Origin: a candidate division WOR-3 bacterium
GTDB lineage: Bacteria; Hydrothermota; Tepidihabitantia; SM23-42; JAOAFX01
Assembly: GCA_039802265.1 (NCBI GenBank)
Contig: JBDRWI010000002.1
Span: forward strand, 1-64,000
DNA: 64,000 nt
Direction of reading: 5' to 3'
The position numbers were made by a program, and so were the translations under genes. Under the pieces are notes generated by a model, which did not search any database, was not told the origin of the DNA, and saw only the letters and a list, made by a program, of their open reading frames with translations. Below are positions 41,520-52,246 of this stretch, piece by piece (position 1 is the stretch's first letter; the number at the start of each line of letters is the position of its first letter).

Positions 41520-43346
41520 ATGTGTGGAATAGTAGGGTATGTTGGCCCGCGGGATATTACAAGTGTTCTATTAGGGAGTCTATGGCGTTTGGAATATCGC
41601 GGTTATGACTCAAGTGGGATTGCAGTTATAAATGATGATGAACTCGTCATCCGGAAGGTTCCGGGTAAGTTGAGTGAACTACAGGAGTTACTCAAGAGAG
41701 AACCGATAGCGGGTAGCACAGGAATTGGCCATACCCGCTGGGCAACCCACGGTAATCCAAGTGAGGAAAATACACATCCTTTAGTTGATTGTAATTATGA
41801 ACTGGCGCTGGTTGTAAATGGAATTATAGAAAACTTTCATCTGTTAAAAGATGAACTTGAGGCCCGGGGGCATCTCTTTCGTTCCTTTACCGACTCTGAG
41901 GTAATCGTGCATCTTATTGAAGAAAATTTGAAAGGCGGTCTCTATGATGCAGTTTGTAAAACCGTACCGAAGTTGAAGGGAAATTATGCATTTGCGGTTA
42001 TTTATACCAAGGAGCCCGGCCACATCGTCTGCGCCCGCCATGATGCACCGCTTATTTTGAGCATAGATCATAATGAAGCGGCGGTGGCGAGCGATGTTTC
42101 AGGGGTGATTGCAATCTTTGACCGAATTATTGATTTACCCAACGACACAATTGCGGTCATTTCTCCGGGTGATTACTTCATTAGCGATTTTAATAAAAAT
42201 GAAATCAAGATTGAGCCGCGGAAGGTCTTAATTAAAGTGAGGGATATTGAAAAGGAGAATTTCCCGCATTTTATGCTCAAGGAGATATTTGAGCAACCCC
42301 GCATTCTGCAACAAATTATTAATGTGCGAATCGATAATAACAAGATTAATCTGGGCGATGAATTAAACTTTACAGACTATGAATTGTTAAAAATATCAAG
42401 AATCTATATCCAGGCTTGCGGAACTTCCTGGCATGCGGGTGTCGTGGGTAAATATCTCCTTGAGCGATTCGCCCGAATTAGCACCGAGGTTGATATTTCA
42501 AGTGAGTTCCGGTATCGCGATACGGTGCTGGATGGAAATACAATGGTAATGGCGATAAGTCAGTCAGGTGAAACTGCGGATACCATTGCTGGATTGCGCG
42601 AGGCAAAGGCAAGGTTTCTTAAGGTTCTTTCGCTGGTCAATGTCCCACATTCAAGTATCTACCGGGAGTCGGATGGAGTAATTGGGATACTCGCCGGTCC
42701 GGAAATCGGTGTTGCCTCAACCAAGGCATATACCGCTCAACTTTTAAACCTTTACCTTTTAAGTCTCTATCTGGGAAAACTCAGAAACTTCATGACTGAA
42801 GATGAGGTAAATTCTCACCTGGCCGAGATTAAGAAAATTCCCAAGATGGTGGAGGCGATTTTGAACAAACAGGACGAGATTAGAAAGATTGCGGCGAAAT
42901 ATTACAATTCACGCGATTTTCTCTTTTTGGGAAGGGGAATAAATTACCCAACTGCTCTGGAAGGGGCTTTGAAATTAAAAGAAATTTCCTACATACATGC
43001 AACGGGCTATGCAGCGGGTGAGATGAAACACGGTCCAATTGCCTTGATTGATGAGAATATGCCGGTAGTCTGCATCAATCCAAAGGCCGGTGTATATGAG
43101 AAGATGCTGAACAATATTCAGGAGGTCGTTGCCCGCAAGGGTCAGGTCATTGCCATCGTCACGGAGGACGATACCGCAACCAGGGCAATCAGTGATTATG
43201 TAATAGAAATTCCTGAATGTAAAGAATATCTTTCACCAATTCTTGCGGTTATTCCCTTGCAACTTCTTGCTTACTTTATTGCCACCTTCAAGGGACTGGA
43301 TGTGGACCGCCCGAGAAATCTGGCAAAGAGTGTGACAGTTGAATAA
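41520..43346 (+). CDS. glmS: Glutamine--fructose-6-phosphate transaminase
   Basis: MCGIVG, LEYRGYDSSG, GHTRWATHG, SQSGETADT, VASTKAY, PRNLAKSVTVE. Confidence 0.98.
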   Translation: MCGIVGYVGPRDITSVLLGSLWRLEYRGYDSSGIAVINDDELVIRKVPGKLSELQELLKREPIAGSTGIGHTRWATHGNPSEENTHPLVDCNYELALVVNGIIENFHLLKDELEARGHLFRSFTDSEVIVHLIEENLKGGLYDAVCKTVPKLKGNYAFAVIYTKEPGHIVCARHDAPLILSIDHNEAAVASDVSGVIAIFDRIIDLPNDTIAVISPGDYFISDFNKNEIKIEPRKVLIKVRDIEKENFPHFMLKEIFEQPRILQQIINVRIDNNKINLGDELNFTDYELLKISRIYIQACGTSWHAGVVGKYLLERFARISTEVDISSEFRYRDTVLDGNTMVMAISQSGETADTIAGLREAKARFLKVLSLVNVPHSSIYRESDGVIGILAGPEIGVASTKAYTAQLLNLYLLSLYLGKLRNFMTEDEVNSHLAEIKKIPKMVEAILNKQDEIRKIAAKYYNSRDFLFLGRGINYPTALEGALKLKEISYIHATGYAAGEMKHGPIALIDENMPVVCINPKAGVYEKMLNNIQEVVARKGQVIAIVTEDDTATRAISDYVIEIPECKEYLSPILAVIPLQLLAYFIATFKGLDVDRPRNLAKSVTVE

Positions 43347-44001
43347 AGGGATAAGGCTTGACCATTTGATAAACCAGCAGAATTTGGTCGCAAGGCGCGT
43401 AAGAATTGTGGGGTATAAAAAGGTGGTCAAACATATCGCCGGTATTGATGTATCTGCGAAAAATAACATGCTCTTTTGCTGTATTGCACTATTTAACTTT
43501 CCGGAATTAAAAGATAAGGAGTTTGCTTATGCCTATAAAAATGGAGTCTTCCCCTATATACCAAATTTTCTGGCATTTAGGGAATTACCGGTTATACTTA
43601 AGGCATACAAGAATTTGACCATTGAGCCGGACCTCATACTCGTTGATGGTCAGGGAATTGCCCATCCCCGTTACTGTGGAGTTGCCACTCATTTGGGGGT
43701 AATCCTGAATAAACCCACCATCGGGTGTGCAAAATCACATCTTTTCGGAGAGTTTACAATGCCCGGTAAAAATAGGGGAGACTTTTCTCCAATTAAGCGG
43801 CATAATAAGAAAATTGGTATTGTCCTGCGGACCAAGGATAATGTGAAACCGCTCTTCGTCTCTCCGGGTAATCTTGTTAACTTAAAAGATTGCCGAAAAT
43901 ATGTTCTCGCGACTACCCTTGGTTATCGCATCCCGGAACCAATAAGACAGGCCCATATAAGGGCAAATAAATACGCACTTGGTAAAGTATTAAAGCTTTA
44001 G
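43339..44001 (+). CDS. nfi: Endonuclease V
   Basis: AGIDVS, FPYIPNFLAFRE, VDGQGIAHPR, IGCAKS, YRIPEP. Confidence 0.92.
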   Translation: MNKGIRLDHLINQQNLVARRVRIVGYKKVVKHIAGIDVSAKNNMLFCCIALFNFPELKDKEFAYAYKNGVFPYIPNFLAFRELPVILKAYKNLTIEPDLILVDGQGIAHPRYCGVATHLGVILNKPTIGCAKSHLFGEFTMPGKNRGDFSPIKRHNKKIGIVLRTKDNVKPLFVSPGNLVNLKDCRKYVLATTLGYRIPEPIRQAHIRANKYALGKVLKL

Positions 44002-44011
44002 GAGGTGCAAA

Positions 44012-45022
44012 ATGTCGGAGGTAAGAAGGGACATTGTAACCGATACCTGGGTGATCATTGATACGGAAAACGATGAAATTCCTAAGGTGAGCGTGGAATT
44101 TCCGGATGGCGAAGCGCCCTGTCCATTCTGTGCCGGTAATGAAGATAAAACACCAAAGGAGATACTTGCCTTCAGGGATAATACCCAACCCAATACCCCG
44201 GGCTGGAAGGTGAGGGTTGTGCCCAATATCAATCCTATACTCCGGGTAGAGGGTGAACTTGAAAAATTTGGTGTTGGTGTCTATGATATGGTAACCGGAA
44301 CCGGCGCCAATGAGGTTATTATTGAATCACCCCAACATATTACAAATATTGGTGATTTACCGGCTGAACAGATAGCACTCATCCTGGAAGCATATAAGCT
44401 ACGCATTGAAGACCTGCACAATGACAAAAGAATCAGATATGTATTGATATTTAAAAATTATGGTCGGCTTGCTGGTGCATCCACAATCAGTCATACTCAT
44501 TCCGACCTGATTGCCCTGCCCGCTACCCCCAATCGTGTAAAACAGAAATTGAACGGTGCTTATGAATATTACAGATATAAAGAGCGTTGCCTGTTCTGTG
44601 ATATCATTCAACAGGAGATTGAGATGGGTGACCGGCTCGTTTTACAGACAGAGAAGTTCGTCGCATTTGCCCCTTATGCCTCAAGACTCCCTGGTGAAAT
44701 ATTGATTATCCCAAAGCGCCATTCGTTCAGTTTTAAATTTATTAATACGGAAGAGATAACCGAACTCGGTTCGGTCTTAAAGAGAATCTGTAATGCGGTG
44801 CGCAAGGCACTATTTGATCCACCATATAATTTAATCCTTACCGATTCACCAAATCTTTTGCCCCGCGCCGACTACTGGAAGACGATAGAGCAGGACTTCC
44901 ACTGGCATCTGGAACTTATCCCACGCCTTTATCGAACCACCGGTTTTGAACTGGGAACCGGTTTTTATATCAACCGATTATCTCCCGAGAAAGCGGCAAG
45001 TATCTTGAGGATGAGCCTTTAA
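44012..45022 (+). CDS. galT: GalT-family nucleotidyltransferase (divergent)
   Basis: CPFCAGNE, VRVVPN, EVIIES, FKNYG..AGAS..HTHS, CLFCD, HWHLE..PR, GFELGTG. Confidence 0.75.
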   Translation: MSEVRRDIVTDTWVIIDTENDEIPKVSVEFPDGEAPCPFCAGNEDKTPKEILAFRDNTQPNTPGWKVRVVPNINPILRVEGELEKFGVGVYDMVTGTGANEVIIESPQHITNIGDLPAEQIALILEAYKLRIEDLHNDKRIRYVLIFKNYGRLAGASTISHTHSDLIALPATPNRVKQKLNGAYEYYRYKERCLFCDIIQQEIEMGDRLVLQTEKFVAFAPYASRLPGEILIIPKRHSFSFKFINTEEITELGSVLKRICNAVRKALFDPPYNLILTDSPNLLPRADYWKTIEQDFHWHLELIPRLYRTTGFELGTGFYINRLSPEKAASILRMSL

Positions 45023-45027
45023 AAATT

Positions 45028-45714
45028 ATGCTCAAGTCGGTAATATTTGACCTTGATAATACCCTGGTTGATTTTATGGCAATGAAGGAGGCGGCGGTAG
45101 ACGCCGCGGTGACCGCAATGATCGATGCCGGATTGAAGATGAATAAGGACGAGGCGAAAAAGAAGATCTTTGAGATTTACAATGAGGTTGGGATTGAAGA
45201 CCAGACCGTCTTTGATAAATTCTTAACCCGGGAATTGGGTAGGATTGACTATAGAATTCATGCGGCCGGGATTGTGGGTTATCGCCGGGCAAGGGAGGCG
45301 GCACTTGTGTTATATCCCCATGTCAATTATACACTTACCGAACTCATAAAGAAGGGATTGAAACTTGGTGTTGTCAGCGATGCCCCAAGGCTTCAGGCCT
45401 GGTTAAGACTATGTCAACTGAATCTTCACCATATCTTTGATGAGGTCGTTACATTTGAGGATACCTATAAGAGAAAACCTGATGAGGCACCATTTAAGGC
45501 AATCCTGGAAAGGCTCAAGGTAAAGCCCTATGAGGCAATCATGGTCGGCGACTGGGCGGAGCGTGATATTGTCGGTGCCAAACTATTAGGGATGAAGACC
45601 GTCTTTGCTCGTTATGGCGATACCTTTGGCACAAAAAATTCGGGTGCCGACTATGAGATTGATGATATAATCCAACTCCTGGAGATTGTAGACAAAATAA
45701 CCGGTCGCCAATAA
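45028..45714 (+). CDS. HAD-superfamily hydrolase
   Basis: FDLDNTL, VVSD, RKPD, MVGD..RDIVGA. Confidence 0.9.
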   Translation: MLKSVIFDLDNTLVDFMAMKEAAVDAAVTAMIDAGLKMNKDEAKKKIFEIYNEVGIEDQTVFDKFLTRELGRIDYRIHAAGIVGYRRAREAALVLYPHVNYTLTELIKKGLKLGVVSDAPRLQAWLRLCQLNLHHIFDEVVTFEDTYKRKPDEAPFKAILERLKVKPYEAIMVGDWAERDIVGAKLLGMKTVFARYGDTFGTKNSGADYEIDDIIQLLEIVDKITGRQ

Positions 45715-45731
45715 CTAAGTAATGCCAATAA

Positions 45732-46388
45732 ATGAGATTCTTTATTCTCTTATTTCTATCTTTTAATCTTTTTAGTCAGACTCCCCCGAACTATAAAAAC
45801 GAGAAGAAAATACCGGATAAGGAAACAATTTTGTATGAGACCTATGACAACGGTAAGACTGGCACAATCAAAATTTCTCTTAACAAAGATACAATTGGCT
45901 ACAGAATTACATATAGTTCTGACCGTTTTATTGAAGTAATACTTGATACATCTAATCTACAGACTCTCTATTTAAACAAATTTGTTGAAGGAAAATGGGA
46001 GCTGACAATAAATAGAAAGGGGATGCTATTTGAAGTGAATTATAAAAATAATAAACGAACTTACAAGGAGGAGCCAGTTTTTGACCGGCATACCCTTGAC
46101 TTTGTCCTGAGGGGATTTGAGTATTATCTTGGCTTTCAAAAGAGAATCCGGCTCAATGTCCCTGAATTTATGGTCGTAAATGCGGATATAAAGGTTATCG
46201 GCGAGGAGTACGTTTTGGTACCCATCGGTGAAATAGCATGCTGGAAGATAGAGATGCATCCGCGTATCATCTTTATAAAAAAAAGATTTTTTTTCTGGAT
46301 TGAAAAGGAATATCCCCACCGTTTTGTGAAATATCAGGATTCAGAAGGTAAAAATCAGATTATATTAAAGGAATATAACATAAATTAA
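45732..46388 (+). CDS. Hypothetical exported protein (DUF3108-like)
   Basis: Signal peptide; GEEYVLVPIGEIACWKIE..FWI pattern. Confidence 0.6.
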   Translation: MRFFILLFLSFNLFSQTPPNYKNEKKIPDKETILYETYDNGKTGTIKISLNKDTIGYRITYSSDRFIEVILDTSNLQTLYLNKFVEGKWELTINRKGMLFEVNYKNNKRTYKEEPVFDRHTLDFVLRGFEYYLGFQKRIRLNVPEFMVVNADIKVIGEEYVLVPIGEIACWKIEMHPRIIFIKKRFFFWIEKEYPHRFVKYQDSEGKNQIILKEYNIN

Positions 46389-46392
46389 ATAT

Positions 46393-47265
46393 TTAACCGA
46401 CCTGAATTCTTTTTATATCGTTGGTGATTGCCTCTTTTAAAGATTTGTCATCGGGAAATTCTTTGATTGCCCTGAGCCGTCTTAAAAACTTTACCGTTAC
46501 CTTTTGGTCATAAAGATTTCCCGAAAAATCTATAATATATACTTCAATTGTGCGATGAGATAGAAACATCGCACCCTTATAGCCTTTATTATCAATATCT
46601 AATTTAACCTCATAGACTCCATCAAGTGGCAACAATTTCTCTCTATCCACACTTATATTAATCGTCGGAAAGCCCAGTTTTCTTCCCTTACCTTTACCCT
46701 TTATTATACAACCGGTTATGGAATATTCCCTGCCCAAAAGACGGTTTGCTGATGGGATATGTCCCAAAAGTAATAATTCTCTAATCCGCGTGCTTGATAT
46801 TATTCCATTGGCGTCCTTTATCGTAGGGACAATTTCAACAGCAAATCTTCTCCTTGCGAGTTCCTTTAGCATATGTACATCACCAGTTCGGTCCTTTCCG
46901 AAATGAAAATTTTCTCCTACCACCACAATATCTGGTTTTATGTCCCTTGCCAGTAAATCAACAAATTCCTCGGGAGAGATAAGGGAGAAATTTTCATCAA
47001 ATTTGAAATAATAGATAAAGTCTATGCCCAATGATTTTATAATCTCTTCTTTTTCCTCTTTTGTGGTCAGAAAAATAATTTCGTTGTGTGTTAGAACCGA
47101 AACCGGTGGTGGATGGAATGTGATTATTCCAATTCTCTTCATTACCTGCATGTCTTTCAACCTTTTGATAATCTCCTGGTGTCCTTTATGGATTCCATCA
47201 AAGTTGCCAAGGGTGCAGACTGAGTTATGAGTAAATGAATCGGGCTGGTTATAGAAGATCTTCAT
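46393..47265 (-). CDS. ribF: Riboflavin kinase/FAD synthetase
   Basis: LGNFDGIHKGH, VGENFHFG, ISSTRIR, GRKLGFPT, LPLDGVY. Confidence 0.92.
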   Translation of the reverse strand: MKIFYNQPDSFTHNSVCTLGNFDGIHKGHQEIIKRLKDMQVMKRIGIITFHPPPVSVLTHNEIIFLTTKEEKEEIIKSLGIDFIYYFKFDENFSLISPEEFVDLLARDIKPDIVVVGENFHFGKDRTGDVHMLKELARRRFAVEIVPTIKDANGIISSTRIRELLLLGHIPSANRLLGREYSITGCIIKGKGKGRKLGFPTINISVDREKLLPLDGVYEVKLDIDNKGYKGAMFLSHRTIEVYIIDFSGNLYDQKVTVKFLRRLRAIKEFPDDKSLKEAITNDIKRIQVG

Positions 47266-47268
47266 TAT

Positions 47269-48249
47269 CTAAATTTTACCTTTTATTTGTTTGGTAAGTT
47301 CTTTTGTGATTTTCTTTCTAATTGCATCCATTTTCTCTCTGGTCTTAATGCCGGCAGCAAGCCGGTGTCCTCCACCATTGAATCTTTGTGCTAACTTATT
47401 TACATCAATAATTCCATCGCTCCGGAGGCTTACTCTGGTTCCATTCTCTTCTTCGCGGAAAAAGACCGAGACCCTGACATTATCTATTGCCTGCAGAAAC
47501 GATATGAAATTTTCTGATTCACCGATGTTTGTATTATACTTTTGGAGCATTTTCCGGGTAAGATACATTATTCCAATACCGTTTTTAATTCTGATCGTTT
47601 TTAGGACATCGCTTAATAACAATGTTCCAGCCAGTGTCTTTCGGTTCAATCTTTTTACCAGTTGGGAAGGATTTATCTTGAGTTCCAGCAAATCGGCACA
47701 GATACGCAAAGCTGCGGCGGTGGTATTGGGATAGATAAATCCACCAGTTTCGTTATAGATACCACTATAAAATAGCTCAGCAAGACTTTTGTCGATTTTC
47801 AGGTTCAATCTTTTAAAGATATTGTACAGAACTTCACAGGTTGAGGAGGCATTTTCATCAATTATGGAAATATCCCCATATTCTTCGTTACTCCGATGAT
47901 GGTCAATGTTTACAATAGTCCTTTTTGAAATTTCGGGCATACTTTTCAGCATTTCCTCCGGGAAGATTCTCTTTATATCGGCTGAATCAACAGCAATGAG
48001 TAGATCAAAATCAGCAATTTTTTTAATAAATCTCGAGTCTTTTAAAAGAAAATTATACTTATCTAAAATTGGTGATGAACAGAAAAGGGCCGGCTCTTTG
48101 TTTGTATAATGTCCGACCAATCGAGCGACAATCAGTGCCGAGCAGATTCCATCACAATCTGGGTCAAGGTGCGTTCCAATTACAATCCGTTTACTTCTTT
48201 TTATTATCTTTATTAGTTTCTTCAATAAGGCGGTCAATTCTTTCTCCAT
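47269..48249 (-). CDS. nrnA: DHH-family oligoribonuclease/pAp phosphatase (start uncertain, overlaps rbfA)
   Basis: HLDPDCDG, AVDS, NIDHH, SLRS, GGGHRLAAG. Confidence 0.88.
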   Translation of the reverse strand: MEKELTALLKKLIKIIKRSKRIVIGTHLDPDCDGICSALIVARLVGHYTNKEPALFCSSPILDKYNFLLKDSRFIKKIADFDLLIAVDSADIKRIFPEEMLKSMPEISKRTIVNIDHHRSNEEYGDISIIDENASSTCEVLYNIFKRLNLKIDKSLAELFYSGIYNETGGFIYPNTTAAALRICADLLELKINPSQLVKRLNRKTLAGTLLLSDVLKTIRIKNGIGIMYLTRKMLQKYNTNIGESENFISFLQAIDNVRVSVFFREEENGTRVSLRSDGIIDVNKLAQRFNGGGHRLAAGIKTREKMDAIRKKITKELTKQIKGKI

Positions 48250-48529
48250 ACTCAAAACTATCATCAAAGGCAAATTTTAATTCGGGAATAAATTTAATCC
48301 TAATCCGATGGGCAAGGGTTGTTTTTATAAATCCCTTTGCACCCTGCAGAATTAGCAAGTCATTTTTTCTATCGCCAAGGGTCGTAAAATAGATTGTCGC
48401 CTCCTTCAAATCAGGGGTAACAAAAACCTTTGTTATGGTAACAAATCCCAGACGCGGGTCTTTTATCTCCTGACTGATGATAATTGATATTTCTTTGGCA
48501 ATTAGTGAGGCAACGCGATCTGAGCGCAT
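48191..48529 (-). CDS. rbfA: Ribosome-binding factor A
   Basis: MRSDRVAS, IKDPRLG, VTPDL, IPELKFAFD. Confidence 0.95.
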   Translation of the reverse strand: MRSDRVASLIAKEISIIISQEIKDPRLGFVTITKVFVTPDLKEATIYFTTLGDRKNDLLILQGAKGFIKTTLAHRIRIKFIPELKFAFDDSFEYGERIDRLIEETNKDNKKK

Positions 48530-48572
48530 ATTTTATTAAATAAATAGAAACAATTAAATAATATTATTTTAT

Positions 48573-48884
48573 TCATAAAATCTGACACTCCGCATTTAAT
48601 ATTGTAACCGGATGGAAATGTTCAATATATTTAATCAATGCCTTCATTGTAGTATCTACTACACTCTGTTTGTTGCTACAGGTTATGGTAGTTATTTGTG
48701 CCCGCTGCCAAAGGTCCAACTCCCCGTATTCGCAGAGAGCAATGTTAAATCTATTTTTTAATTTTTCTTCAAGACTAACTATGACCCTTCTTTTTTCCTT
48801 TAAAGATTGGCAATTGTGGATATGAAGGTCAAACTTGCAGATGCCAACAAAAAATTTGTTATCTTTTTTAAGGTCGGGAAACAT
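48573..48884 (-). CDS. DUF503 (YlxP-like) protein (start uncertain)
   Basis: SLKEKRRV, RFNIALCE, DLWQRA; position between infB and rbfA. Confidence 0.85.
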   Translation of the reverse strand: MFPDLKKDNKFFVGICKFDLHIHNCQSLKEKRRVIVSLEEKLKNRFNIALCEYGELDLWQRAQITTITCSNKQSVVDTTMKALIKYIEHFHPVTILNAECQIL

Positions 48885-50985
48885 CTTCTTGTTGCTCGCT
48901 CTCTTCTTTTGCTGATTCTTCAACTTTGTAAAACTGGAGTATGTCCCCTTTTTCTAAATCGGTGATATTCTCAATTCCAATACCGCATTCATAGCCAGCG
49001 CTTACCTCACGGACATCTTCTTTAAAACGTTTTAATGAAATAACCCTTGAACGGTGTATTTCTTTGCCCCCCCTTAATTGCGAGACAATTGCGTTTCTTA
49101 TAACCTTGCCGTCTTTTACATAACAACCGGCAATTATACCGACTTTGGGAATATTGTAGACCTCCCTCACCTCTGCCTCGCCGATAAGTATCTCCTGAAT
49201 CTTCGGTTCAAGTAGACCAACCATCGCCAGACGCAGGTCATCAAGTGCCTCATAGATTAAACGATAGGTTCTTATCTCTACTCCTTCTCTTTCGGCTTTC
49301 TCCAGTGCATTTACATCCGGACCAACATGGAAGCCAACACATATTGAATCGGTAACTTCAGCAAGCAATACATCAGAGACACTTATTTTCCCTACCCCTT
49401 TGTGTACAATATTGATGCTCACATCTTCCATAGAAAGCTCGCGCAATTTTTCATCAAGGACCTCTAATGAACCGGCAGTATCAGCCTTGAGTATTATCTT
49501 TAGTTCCTTTGTCTTGCCGGACTTTATCTGTTCCTGTAAATCAAGGAGTGTAACACGGGCGCGTTTTGTTCGCATCCGCCTGCTTCTTTCGAGAAGTTCT
49601 CTTTGATAGGCAAGTTCCCGTGCCTGCCTTTCATCATCAACCACAACAAATACCTCACCTGCCTCAGGGAGACTGTTGAATCCTAAAACCTGAACTGGAG
49701 TTGAGGGACCGGCCTCTTCAACTTTTTTTAGATTCTCATTGAGCAATTCCCTCACCCGTCCGAAATGTGCACCACAAACAAAAGGATCGCCCCGGCGCAA
49801 AATTCCTTCCTGAACAAGGACGGTACAAACATTACCCCTCCCCGGATCGAGCTTTCCTTCAATAACTACGCCCTTTGCCTTTTTTCGTAAGGGTGCCCTT
49901 AGATTCAACTCTTCAGCCTTTACCAAAATCGCATCAAGCAGGTCATTTATACCTATATTCTTTAACGCCGAGGTTTCAACGCAGATTGTTTTTCCCCCGA
50001 ATTCTTCAACAATTACATTAACTTTGGCAAGTTGTGACTTAACTAAATTAACATTTGCCCGTGGCAAGTCAATCTTATTGATTGCAACAATTATGGGCAG
50101 ATTGGCCGCACGAGCATGGTCTATTGCTTCAATTGTCTGTGGCATTACCCCGTCATCGGCAGCGACAACCAATACTACAATATCCGTTACCTGAGCACCT
50201 CTTGCCCTCATCGCCGTAAATGCCTCATGACCAGGTGTATCTAAAAAGGTAATCAATTTATCCCGGTAAGAAATTTGATACGCTGCCATTTTCTGGGTAA
50301 TCTTTCCGTATTCACTTTCGGCGACCCGCAGTTTTGTTATTGCATCTAAAAGGGTGGTCTTTCCATGGTCAACATGTCCCATTACGGTCACCACGGGTGG
50401 GCGAGTAATTGTCTCTGATGGTGTCTCTTCTTTTTTTGTCTGTTCTTCAATTGAAATCGGTTTTACGGCGCAGTTGAATTCATCACAGACGACCGTAATT
50501 GTATCAAGGTCAAGACGCTGATTGAGACTTGCCATGATTCCTAAATCCATACATTTTTTAATCACTTCACTCGGAGAAAGTTCAAGTGCCTGTGCCAGTT
50601 CAGCGACGGTCATAAATTCAAATACCTCAATCACCTTTTCCTGAGGTTTTGTGGGCAATTTGGGCATTTCTTTTTTGGATTCATAATGTTTTTTTAATTC
50701 GCCTTTCTCAATCTTTGCCAGCGTTGACTTTACCGCCTGGCGTACTGCGGCTTCATCAATTTTTTGCTTTTTATCCTTTGCCTTTTCACCGGGTTTAAAT
50801 TTGGTAACCTCTTTTTTTAACCTCCGTTTTTCTTCAGCAATTTTTGCCCTTATCTTTTTCACCTCTTCATCAGTTAGTGTTGACATATGCCCCTTTGCCT
50901 TAATACCAATTTCCTCAAGCATCTTTATCAGGGCAACACTGGATAGGCCTAAACTTTTTGCCAAATCATGAACCTTCTGGGGCAT
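48868..50985 (-). CDS. infB: Translation initiation factor IF-2
   Basis: RPPVVTVMGHVDHGKTT, DTPGHEAF, NKID, SLKRFKEDVREV. Confidence 0.98.
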   Translation of the reverse strand: MPQKVHDLAKSLGLSSVALIKMLEEIGIKAKGHMSTLTDEEVKKIRAKIAEEKRRLKKEVTKFKPGEKAKDKKQKIDEAAVRQAVKSTLAKIEKGELKKHYESKKEMPKLPTKPQEKVIEVFEFMTVAELAQALELSPSEVIKKCMDLGIMASLNQRLDLDTITVVCDEFNCAVKPISIEEQTKKEETPSETITRPPVVTVMGHVDHGKTTLLDAITKLRVAESEYGKITQKMAAYQISYRDKLITFLDTPGHEAFTAMRARGAQVTDIVVLVVAADDGVMPQTIEAIDHARAANLPIIVAINKIDLPRANVNLVKSQLAKVNVIVEEFGGKTICVETSALKNIGINDLLDAILVKAEELNLRAPLRKKAKGVVIEGKLDPGRGNVCTVLVQEGILRRGDPFVCGAHFGRVRELLNENLKKVEEAGPSTPVQVLGFNSLPEAGEVFVVVDDERQARELAYQRELLERSRRMRTKRARVTLLDLQEQIKSGKTKELKIILKADTAGSLEVLDEKLRELSMEDVSINIVHKGVGKISVSDVLLAEVTDSICVGFHVGPDVNALEKAEREGVEIRTYRLIYEALDDLRLAMVGLLEPKIQEILIGEAEVREVYNIPKVGIIAGCYVKDGKVIRNAIVSQLRGGKEIHRSRVISLKRFKEDVREVSAGYECGIGIENITDLEKGDILQFYKVEESAKEESEQQEDVSRP

Positions 50986-52246
50986 TTTCTACCGGCTCCT
51001 CTTTTTCTTCCTTTGGTTTCAACTTAGCCAATAATTCGTCAACCCCTGCATCATCAAGGGATAATAACAACTTCAATTCATCAGGGGTGGCCTTAAGGAC
51101 GCTTAAGACATTTGTATAACCCTTTTCAATGAGTAACTTTTTTAGTTCCTTACTTAACCCTTCCACATTTTCGATCTTCGTTTCTGCAAGAATTTTCTCT
51201 TGAATCTCTTTTTCATATTCGGAGGCCTTCTTTATTTCAATATGAACCCCAGTGAGTCTTGAGGCGAGTTCAACATTTACCCCGTTTTTACCGATTGCTT
51301 TTGAATAGTCTTCATCAGGAACAACTGCAATGATATTCCCTTCACTGACAACTACTACATCTTTTACTTTTGCGGGTGAAAGAGCACGCGAAACCAGTAG
51401 ATTTAAATCCTTACTCCACTGAATAACATCGATCTTTTCACCCGAAAGTTCCTTAACAATAGATTGAATCCGGCTCCCCCGGTATCCAACGCAAGCACCA
51501 ACCGGGTCAATCTTGGGATCAATTGTCTGAACAGCCACCTTAGCCCTGACACCAGGGTTGCGCACGGTCTTAACAATCTGAATCAAACCTTCTTTTATCT
51601 CGGGAATTTCATAATAAAGTAGTCGCTCTAAAAATTTGGGGTCGGTTCTTGAGAGGATGATTCTTGGTCCCCATTGTGATCTTTCAACTGCGGCAACGAC
51701 CGCCCGGATAGGCGAATCAAGGCGATAGTGCTCAGTGCTAATCAAGCCGTTTTTCGTTATCGTTGCCTCCACCGGACCAAGGTCAACAAGTACTTCATTC
51801 CGGCTGACTACTTTAATTATTCCCTTGACAATCTCACCGAGTTTCTTTTCGTATTCACCCATTATTCTATTTCTTTCTGCCTCACTGATACGCTGGGTCA
51901 GTGCCTGTTTTACTGATTCAATTGCAGTTCGTCCGAGTTCCGAAATGGCAACCGGAATCCGAATTTCATCGCCGACTTTACATTCTTTCTTTGTAAGAGC
52001 CTCCTGTAAAGAAATTTCTTTATCCGGGTCTTTTACCTCTTCAACGACCTTTTTGATCAACGCTATTTTTATTTCACCAGTTGATTTATTAACCGAAACA
52101 TCGGACTCGGTTCCTTTTCCGAATTTTTTCCTTACCCCGCTCTTGATTGCTTCAACAAGGGAATCTATGACATAATCATATTTTACACCCCGTGTTCGGG
52201 CGATTGTTTTAATACTCTCAATAATTAAATTATCTTCGTTTGCCAT
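50966..52246 (-). CDS. nusA: Transcription factor NusA
   Basis: S1/KH domains; ILSRT, RNPGVRAK, DPVGACVG, AIGKNGVNV. Confidence 0.96.
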   Translation of the reverse strand: MANEDNLIIESIKTIARTRGVKYDYVIDSLVEAIKSGVRKKFGKGTESDVSVNKSTGEIKIALIKKVVEEVKDPDKEISLQEALTKKECKVGDEIRIPVAISELGRTAIESVKQALTQRISEAERNRIMGEYEKKLGEIVKGIIKVVSRNEVLVDLGPVEATITKNGLISTEHYRLDSPIRAVVAAVERSQWGPRIILSRTDPKFLERLLYYEIPEIKEGLIQIVKTVRNPGVRAKVAVQTIDPKIDPVGACVGYRGSRIQSIVKELSGEKIDVIQWSKDLNLLVSRALSPAKVKDVVVVSEGNIIAVVPDEDYSKAIGKNGVNVELASRLTGVHIEIKKASEYEKEIQEKILAETKIENVEGLSKELKKLLIEKGYTNVLSVLKATPDELKLLLSLDDAGVDELLAKLKPKEEKEEPVENAPEGS

